A stretch of DNA of 64,000 nucleotides. It comes from Euglena gracilis. Taxonomy: Eukaryota. Made by a program: the position numbers and the translations under genes. The stretch lies in NCBI GenBank assembly GCA_039621445.1, contig CP154954.1:42716632-42780631 (forward strand), given 5' to 3'. This document shows positions 1 to 64,000 of the stretch, one piece after another; the first letter of the stretch is position 1, and the number at the start of each line of letters is the position of its first letter. The notes under the pieces are model-generated. The model saw only the letters and a program-made list of their open reading frames with translations, ran no database searches and was not told the origin of the DNA.

Positions 1-1964
1 TCGGTATTTTCTGCCTCCTGAGGCAGTGATGGTTACTGGCTGCTGTACAACAAACTGTACGTAGCTCAATGTCGATGAACCCAGAAGCAGTGACCGGGGG
101 GGGGGTGCAAAATGAAACCAACCGCTCCTGGCGCTTTGCCATCTTTGTAGGCAACAGCGGCTGAAACTCCAAACGCTAGAGGACAGCCTTCTGTGGGAAG
201 AAATTATGTCGGTGGTAGCTGTATCTCTCTTCAAATCTCCCAAGGTGTGGTGAGAATGTCTTCCAGCTTTACATAGATGAAAAGAACGAGTACATTTTTT
301 GCACCGAAAACAACAACGACAAAAATTTGAACGACCCGGGATAAACGGCACCCCACCTGCAGGTGGGTTGCATGGCTGGCTGCCATTCCCTCCAGCCAGT
401 GCCCCGACCAGATCATTTGGCCAGGTTTACCAATCCACCGGAGAACGCAGCGGCCTTGGAAAGTGGCGTGCCGTGCCGCGCGGCACCATCGGGGCATTGT
501 GGGAAATGCGGCGTGTTTCCGGCAAAGAGATCAGACACCCTGCCTGACTGTGCAGCAGGCGGCTTCTAGGGCGGGCCGAAGGGCCTTGTTGGGGGGTGGC
601 GGCGGTGGTTTGGACATCGCAGGTCGGGGCGGGGGGGGGGGGAGGGGGAGGGGGACCGCAGCACCTTCGCTGGCAGCAGCAAGGGACCCCGGCACCGGGG
701 AAGCCCAAAAACCACCCAGAGCTGGCTGCCCTCTGTTGAAGGAGGGGGGTCCACTGGCTAGCCATTTGACTAGGCTTTGGGAAAAAGCCACTGACAAGGA
801 CACCTACCCTGGGGGGCGGGGAGCACCTGGCGCTGCTCGCCAAGGTGGAAATGGAAATGGAAATAGAACCAAAAATCGGCAGTTTTGGCAGGCTTTGGGA
901 TTAAAAAAAAAGAAGTTTCCGGCGCTTCGCACCGGCCACTGGGAACAAATTTCTACTAGCTCCCGCTAACGGACCCCAGGGGGTCCAATGGAATTTCCAT
1001 TGGCCAAATTTGGACTAGCTGCAATCAAGCCCCCTCCCCGGGGTCCTGCAAACCATTGAGCAGAAGTCGAATTGGAGACACATGACCATGCAAACATCGG
1101 TTGCTTGGGGAGGGGGATCAGGGGAAGACAGAAGAGCTTGGGGGAACCTCCCCCTCGGGTTCAGCAAAGCCCATGTTCAATGGAGGTGCAGGGGGGTGTG
1201 GTGTGCAAATTACAATAAGGATGAAACGGAGTAAACCTATAACTGTGCGGCTGCCACGGTGGAAAGACTTCCTGCTTCCTCTTCTTTGCACTCGACCCCC
1301 CCCCTCAAGTGAATGATGCAAAACATCTTAAAGACCACCCCTGTAAATCCCTGTGCCCAAATTTCTGGCATGTCGGTTGACAACGTCTGCGGCTCACCCA
1401 TGACGCAGTCCCCAACCCTCAAAGCACCCAGAGCATCATTCCCAATTAAAAACCCATAAACAAGGAACATAATTCCAAATCAAAAAAATAACAACAAAAT
1501 TTGTTTGGGATTCCTGCTGGTTCGAAATTCCTTTTAAAAGTCAACATCTGAAACGTTCACTACGGGTGCACGTCCGGGCATACCTGCCTCTCTCCTGATC
1601 CACCTTCTGTACAACCTCGAATACGTCACCAACCCAAAAAGACGGCCAAGGTTCTTCGGCCCCGTGTCTCCCGTTGCAGTCCATCCCCCTCCAGGGGCAC
1701 AACGCCGCAGGTCAAACGGTGGGGCAGGTCCCCTTCGGCTCCTTCGGTGGCGCAGTGTGTGCGTGCGGGCCGGGCCGAGGCCACGCCCCAGGCCCCCTGC
1801 GCCGGCTGGTCCACGGCGTTGGGGCCGCTGCGGGGCCGCCCCCCCCCCCCCCCGCCCCGGGGATGCCGATGCCCCGGGGTGGGCATCGGCACCTTGCGCG
1901 GCACCCATCAGACATGCACCGGGGGGCTTTTGCGTCATTATCCATCCATAAATGGATGCCCCCC

Positions 1965-2612
1965 CAGGGCAGAACGGGAAGGCCTGGTGGGGGGGGGGGT
2001 GGGTCAACCCCCCCCACCCACCACAGCATTTTCACCGATTTCGGGAAAACGGGGATTTTGGCCAGAAAAAAAATTGAAATTTTTTTTTGAAAAATGAACC
2101 CAAAACACATGATTTTTTGATGGAAAACAACATTTTTTTATACAAAAAATCTCAAAAATTTCCGTCCTAAAAACTCGTACTTTTTAGGAGGGGGGGTGAA
2201 AAAAACGAAGGTCAAAAAAGTGGACAAAATTTTGGCACAATCAAATTTTACTGACATTTTTTCTCGTTGAACTTTTTTGGACTTTCAATGGCATTTTTTT
2301 TTGCTTCAAACACCTCTCAAAATCAACATTTTGAGAAAATGTAGAGTTTCTGGAAGGTGTGAAAAAATGGGGTTTTGGGTGGTTTTCGGGGGGACCCCCG
2401 ATATGGGTCCCAAAATGGGTCAAAAAAACACCCGGCGCCGAAAATTGTTTTTCGGGTCCAAAAATTGGTGCTCCCGGAAATACGGGAAGAGGTGGTGGGG
2501 GGTGATCGGCCCCCCCCCCCCCCCACCCACCATGCAGGGGGTGGGGGGGGGTGGTCGACCCCCCCCCTCCACCCATCACCCTGGCTGTTCGGCCGATTCC
2601 CGTTCTGCCCTG
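1965..2612. mobile_element. hAT-like MITE
   Basis: Perfect 16-bp TIR CAGGGCAGAACGGGAA; GATGCCCC on both flanks (left C-run 2 nt longer). Confidence 0.8.
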
Positions 2613-4830
2613 GATGCCCCCGATCGACTTGATGACCCGGGGGGGGGGCAGGTGGGCACCTTTCCCGGGGCCCAAACCCACCCATGCACGGTTCTGAACC
2701 CACCCATGCACGACCCCCCCCCCCCAGGTGGACCCATCCACCCACCTCAGGTCCGCCTGGAAAAAATTCTTCTGGCCCGGCCAGGCTGGGCTGACCGATG
2801 ACGCATCGCCCCCCCCCCCGGGAGGTCCGGTAGCCCCAAACTAACCTCTCGAAACCCCCCGGGGTTTCGCAACAGTGATGAATCATTGACGTCGGCAGTG
2901 CCCTCGGGGTGTAGGAACGCCATAGCTGTTCAGACCTCACCTTGCGTCATTTCTTGTTTGTTGGAGGGCATATGCGGGTGGATGGCTGCCTGGGTGGACA
3001 GATGGATGGTGGACGTATTGGGGTACAATGGGATGTGTACCTCGTGCATTGGTCAGTGTCTTTGGTGGCGAATTTTTTCCAGCTCCTTCTTTTATTTTGG
3101 CGTTCTGCAACGAGTGACTGGGACTTATTTCGTCAACGTTTAATACTCTGACAAAGCTGGTGCACAAGGTCGGGTGATAAAGATTAATACACAGACAAGA
3201 CGACACCGACATCGGAGGCTGTTCGTTCGAAGGGATGAGCTGGTGAAAATCAGCCTGTGGGGCCCGTTCCTTCAGCAAACTTCTGTTCGCAACTGCCCCT
3301 CCGGCGTGAGCGTGAATTAGAGTGATGGGGGGAAAGGCAGACACAATGCATGGAATGACTATCCGGGGGTGTGAGGATAAGACGGCCGTCCAGGCTGGGG
3401 GGGGGGGGCTGGAAGAGAGGCTGGGCGAGGGGTGTAGGCCGGGCCTCCAAGCATGCTGCCGCGCGTTGGCTTGCCGACTTCCCCCTTCCCTGCTACTCCT
3501 TATTCTCCATCACCACAAACAGCTGCCAGAAAAGAAGGATGATGGGGTGGTTGTCGCCAGAATCAGCTCAACAGAAATCACACAGCACAAATTTCTTTGA
3601 TGAAACACTCTCCAGAAGCAATTGCCCTGAGTTACCGAACCCGTTGTGTATTTCTTGACGTTTGAGACCATGTTTTGAAAACAAACCTCACCTCTTCACC
3701 TTGGCCTCGTCACAAAAGATATAGGCCTAAAAGACCTTCAAAGAATCAATGCACCAGTTGGAGGGGGGCTCTGAGTGTACGCACGTGCATGCACGTGTGG
3801 CGGAGGTTCTCTGTGGGAGGCTATGGTTTGTTCTGTTTTCTCGCTCTCAGGGTGGGGCTTGGATCTCAGGGTGACTTGGACTCCCAGGATAGAGGTTGCC
3901 CAGCCAAGTCGCAGGTAGTGCACAGCGACGCAGCCATCCACACCGGATGGGAAGAAAGAACCAAAGGTGGACCACGGTGGGGGTTCCAATGGAATGGTCA
4001 GGCAGACCCGAGAGCGAACCCCGGGAAGGGGAGGAATAATGTTTCAACGGATGTGCTGGCAAGCACTCCCAGCCGCCCCTATGTGTGTTGCGGGATTGCG
4101 CAGTGGTGCAGGGGGCAAAAGAAACTCTGTGACGGTATGGAACACACCCTGGCAGAAGAAACAATAGCCCCCCAAAACGATGGCCTGGAACAAGGGGGCC
4201 TTCTTAAGCAGCCCGGGGGGGGGCATGAAGGCTGGCTAGAAGAAGGTGCTGGCTGGACCCCTCCCCTTGGGGGTCCAGGGGGGTGTGGCTGGCTGGCAGC
4301 TGGACCAGGCAAATGGAAATGGAAAATGCCTGAAAAAAACCCAAATCCAGCTGGGTTGGCATTTTTCAGCCAAATTTGAAAGTACAATCCAAAAAAAAAG
4401 CCGCCCCAAAAATGTTCCCAAAATTTTCGGCGTTTTGCGCAAGATTTTTTTCTGTCCATCCTGGCTATGCCAGGATGGCCCGAACTTTATTTCATCGATC
4501 CCCTAGGGGGGGGGGGGGCGCATCCCGGCTAGGAGGTGCTGGCTGGAAGAAAGCTGCTGGCTAGCTGGACTCCCCCTCCCCGGAGGTCAGGGTCCCTCGG
4601 CGTAAGAAAACCTCTGCCCTGATCGCCGATGCTTGCCTACAGCGGAGCGAAAACGTCGCTATGAACACCATTTTTCACCGAAGGAGGAAGGTTCGTTTGC
4701 TCTTGTCTCCGCGCAAGGTCAGCTCAGTCTTCTTATGCAAGGTTATGATGCAAAGCTGGGAATGGGGTCTTGATCCTCTGTGGTACAGCCGCCCTCCCCC
4801 CTCCCCAATCAAACCTCAGATAGCCTCCAT

Positions 4831-5261
4831 CAGGGAATTGCCTAAGGACCCCCCCCCCCCCCCGCGGAGGTCCAGCCTCCGGCTGGCAAAAAGGCTGCTG
4901 GCTGGAAACAACCTGCTGGTTGGACCCCCGGAGTATAGGGGGGGGGGTCCGGGGCTGGAGGGGGCTGGGCTGGGCTGGGTCGGTGAAAAACAAGAATTTC
5001 TAAAACATTTTTGCCTTCTCGACATTTTGATGGATGGAGCTAGATCAAGGCTGGGGGGCTGTGATGGAGGAAGTTGTGATGAGGGGAAAAAAAGCAGGGA
5101 TAGGTGAGCTGGGCAGCCCAGTTGGCTGGCCAGCCTGCGGCCGGCTGGCCCGGCCTCTGGCTGGGCTGGACCCGACTTCATTTCACTTGACTCTGCTGGC
5201 TGGCTGGCTGGACCCCCCCCCCCCCGGGGGTAGGGTACCCTCCGGCTTAAGAAATTCCCTG
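4831..5261. mobile_element. hAT-like MITE
   Basis: TIR CAGGGAATT..TAAG; perfect TSD GCCTCCAT; internal CTGGCTGG repeats. Confidence 0.8.
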
Positions 5262-5538
5262 GCCTCCATCCAGCGAACCCTGCGCACACACCGGGTGTCT
5301 GGTCTCCAGCGTCTCGTGTGGCAAGGTTGCGCCGAAGCTGCTCACTAGCCCCCAGGGTGTTTTCATTGAGAGTATCTTCGAGGGGGGCAATTAGACCGAA
5401 AATATTGGAATTGACCCTCTTCAGCCTCCCCATTCTCCCACAGTAAAAAAATGTCCACGTGGGATGTTTGCCAATACTATGGACCACTTCTGGCCAATCT
5501 GGTGGTTCGCAAATGTGTGGAGTATCATGCACGCATGT

Positions 5539-5722
<184 letters not shown>

Positions 5723-7593
5723 AGCGTCTGATTACAGGGGAACATTCAACGAGAGAAATAAAATCACAGGACCAGTGTAGAACCCCAACCCAAAGCGCAA
5801 GAGAGTGCCTGGCCTGGGTCTGATGTAGGGTGGGGGCATACACAACCACACATGCCAGGCTCGGGTACACCAGCCGCTCGGCGAAGTCACACTTCTCACA
5901 CATGCCAGTGCTCTGCCTCTCCCCCCCCCCAGTGTTGAGCACTGGCATGGGCACAATGTGAATGCGACAGTGGACTGGAAAAGGGAATCGGGGCACCAAA
6001 ATGTGCCGGCAGGTACCTGCTCGTGCCTCTGAGAGGGGATTGGCTGGAGTGGTTGCCGTTGCCCCCCAAAAAAGAATGTCGTTGCCCAAAAAAAGAAGGT
6101 TTTCGTCAAAAAAAAGAATCGGCTCACATGAAGACCCTTCCAAGGAAGACCCGCATGCCCCTTGCCAGAAGTCAGGAAAATCCTATTATATGCACTGTTT
6201 GCATCGGCCTGAGTTAAACCTCTTTTCTTACTCTTCTTTTTTTAAAAAAAAACACAAGCAAGATTTATAGTAGCTTGGGTGCTTGTGTGATTCAAATTTG
6301 CTTCCCACATCAGATTGATGGCAGGGTTCTGCTGTGCAGGCAGGCCCCAACTGGAGCAGGGGCTGACGAACCCATCGGGCTTGGCATCTGCGGCGTCCCA
6401 TTGCTCACAGGTCCCTTCCCAAATGTTTTCTTTTAAGCTGTCAAGCTTTAAGGCTCAAAGGCGGCGGCAGCAGCAAACACCCCCCCAAAAAACCACTGGT
6501 AACTCCCGAAATCAAGTCCTGATCCAGGGCTTCACCACATGCATACATAATTATAGACTAATTATAGACACCATACAGCCTTCACCACTGCTATCACGTC
6601 TATGAGCTTCTTTCGATGCCGTCCAAACACTTCATGTTCTCTTTGAAATCCCAGATTCGGTGCTGGTGGTCTCAAAACTTTGAGGAGGAACAACCGGTCA
6701 TTTTTTTTTCACAACAACTTCCAGAATCCAATTATGGTTTGGTTTGGTTTGGTTAATCAACTTTCAATCTGCTGTGTGACCCCAACCTGAGGGCCCAGCC
6801 ATAAATCCAAACCGAACACAAACAAACCAAAGCATAATTGGACACTGAGACTCAAAATTGAGAGCCGGGGAAGCCAGAACGGCTGCTGGAAAATTCCAAC
6901 ATCCTGCACAGAGCGATTCAGGGATTTCGAAGAGAACATTGAATGCTTGGCATGGCATTGAAAGAAGCTCACACACGGGCTCACCAGTGGTGTCCTCTGT
7001 GTGTTGGGCACACCATTGGGCACCCAAGTTTCTCCTCCACCACTGCCAACCCATTGCTGAGGAGGAGAATAATTTCAAAACATTCAAAAATGACTATGAA
7101 AATGAAATGACCTTTTGAACTGCGTATATGTATGTGCAGACAATGCACATGCATAAATACACATTCACCATGTGTATGCATGCTATTCTTTTTCCTCTTC
7201 ACTACCCGGGACCTTACCAACCTTCTTCCCCCCCCTCTTCAGATTTCCATTCAATCCGAAATTACTTCTTGGCTGCCTCTAAAAAAAAAACCTCAGCATT
7301 TGTCAAGCACCTTACAGAAGCAAAACGGGGAAACTTTACTTTACTGCTGGCTTCCACTGCGGGGGGAGGGCCCCCCTCCCCCGGCATTCCTCCAGTGAGG
7401 TGCCGTCTCGGCTGCAGGGGGCGATGCCAAACAATGCCACGCTCCAGGCGCGGCCCCTGGCCCGCCCCGCCGCGATGCCCCGGCAGAGCGGGTGGCGGTC
7501 AAGGGGAGGACCCTGCGAAGGGGGGGAGTTTGTCGCCCAGGCTTGTTCCCGATGACTTGTCTGGTGCCTTGCTGGCGACTTGTCAGGTGCGCG

Positions 7594-7926
<333 letters not shown>

Positions 7927-8249
7927 GGGCGCCACTGACTGGCGCAGGAAGTGCATCACTTCGGGATCCTGCGGCGCCGCCCCGGAGTTGTCGTAGTCCG
8001 CAGCAGCTGTGGGCTGTGCATGGCATTTGTCCTTCGCCCTCGGTGTCCCTTCCTCCCGGTCGGTTTCTTGAGGGAGAATGACTTGCTTTGCCACCAGAAA
8101 TTGCGCTGCCAATTTGTCTTCGAGAACGACAGGAGACAAAAGGCTCAAGTCAACAAAGTGGGTCCCACTCGATCAACGGGCACTGCCACACACACATGCA
8201 CGCATACACACACGCACACACGACTGGGAGGGTAGGTGACTGGGAGGGA

Positions 8250-51465
<43,216 letters not shown>

Positions 51466-52055
51466 GGGGGGCCCTGGTGCGGGTGGGGACAGGAGGATGA
51501 GGGCTTGAACTGGCTTGAACTTGCCAGCCAGTTCAAGCACCTTCCCGCCTCCGACACAATACCCTGAACGGAACGGGACCATTTCCTGTGCGGCGGAAAA
51601 TGGGCCCATGCGTGTTTGCGACATGACAGGGGATGGCGGGAAGAAAATGTGGCTGAATTCATCCACGTGAAGCAAAATGTGGGGATTTGAATATGCTGGG
51701 CCGAAGAAGCCGAGTGGGCATCCTGGCCTGCGTCCTCGGTAAAGCTCTTGCACTTCACGGGATATGAGGCAAAATGTGCACTGGGACACTTGCACATGAC
51801 GTACCACCTGAGGGCAAACCATTCCAAACATGCATACCGTACAAGGTGACTCAAGAACATCACTTGAGCGCCGGCCAACTCCTCCACACAATTATGGGGG
51901 AACACGCCCTGATCTACCGGAGCAACCTGACACGCAGCACGCTGCTGAATGGGTCAAACCTCTCGTCCGTGAGGTCAGCAGGGTCACACGTGGCTTCCGG
52001 GTACGACGGTCGGCGGGGTTCAGTGTGGGAAGGGCCCGCTGGGTCGGCGGGGGCC

Positions 52056-63234
<11,179 letters not shown>

Positions 63235-63242
63235 GGCGGTCG

Positions 63243-63257
63243 CTGTGAGACAAGAGG
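63243..63257 (-). promoter_or_regulatory. putative SL trans-splice acceptor of the EMC10-like gene
   Basis: Minus strand reads CCTCTTGTCTCACAG|CGACCGCC-ATG: a pyrimidine tract and AG 8 nt before the start codon. Confidence 0.5.
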
Positions 63258-63676
63258 CCGCCTGGGCCCCAGAGGAGAAGACACAGCCCCCAAGGAATTA
63301 CTGAGCGACGAATGGCCCAGGCAATAGGAGGGGGAGAGGGGGGCGACACGTTGCCAGGGCACACCCAAAAGGCTAAACCGCACTTTACGTTGGTGGATGG
63401 GCCAGCACAAATAATTCCAGAGAGCTTCTCCTCGGATGACACCCGGCACCCAGAATAAATAATTTTTTTGCCTACCATACTTTTTGTCACCCTGTTTTAA
63501 AAAAGGCAAAAAAGATACAGAGCGTGCTGCAAACAGAAAAGAGAATGGTGGGAGGGCCCTCAAAGGAGACCACCCCACGGCCCCCAGCGGTGCGGGAGGC
63601 CCCTCCACTCCCCTCGCTGCCCCGCGCTGCAGGGCGGCCGCGCCACCGGCCCCCCTCCAGCCTGCCCCCCCAAAAA

Positions 63677-64000
63677 CAGGTTTTTAAAAAAGGACAGGTG
63701 GGGGGGGAGGTGGGTCGAACCCCCCCCCAGTCCACCAAGGGGGCAGGGGGGGACACCCCCACCTAAACAGTTGCGGTCCTGATGCGGGTGACTGATTTTC
63801 GGCCCGGCTCTTCGCGCCGGGCCAAAAAAATTGACCCCCCCAAAACGGCCAAAAATGCCATTTTGGGCACTTTTGGGTGCAAAAATTTGTCAAAAATGCA
63901 AAAAAAATTCGGTCCACAGCGCTGGAAGGAAGATTTTGACCTTTTTGGGACCTCTGGGGCGGTCCAGACTCCCCCCCTGGCAAGTGGGGGGAGAATCCAG
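63677..64000. mobile_element. partial MITE of the 41606-41992 family, cut by the window edge
   Basis: Shares AAGGACAGGTGGGGGG, GGGGACACCCCCACCTAAACAGTT and CATTTTGGGCACTTTT with 41606-41992. Confidence 0.7.

Noticed and set aside
555-617. Possible gene start MSKPPPPPPNKALRPALEAA (minus strand), and GC-rich blocks at 1650-1830 and 7400-7590
   Set aside because: No convincing splice sites or homology; strand and frame are undetermined.

Overview
Repeat-rich eukaryotic nuclear DNA, almost certainly from Euglena or a close euglenid: an exact 26-nt Euglena spliced-leader (SL) sequence is present, and introns are both GT-AG and nonconventional CAG..CTG. Three things stand out. (1) A complete 10-exon EMC10-like gene lies on the minus strand (63234-52056). 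It is followed by a long, many-exon minus-strand gene or genes of unknown, largely Pro/Gly/Arg-rich product (about 51465-8250). (2) A full-length CRE-like non-LTR retrotransposon (zinc finger, RT, CCHC-like knuckle, restriction-like endonuclease) sits in EMC10 intron 3. It begins exactly with the SL, ends in oligo(A), and is inserted at the edge of a (CA)n microsatellite. (3) About a dozen small CAG..CTG terminal-inverted-repeat elements have mostly 8-bp target-site duplications (TSDs, hAT-like). At least four interrupt coding exons and can be removed without a scar at the euglenid nonconventional-intron register: 3 nt before CAG plus 5 nt after CTG equals one 8-bp TSD. All calls were made by eye, and homopolymer lengths look unreliable.
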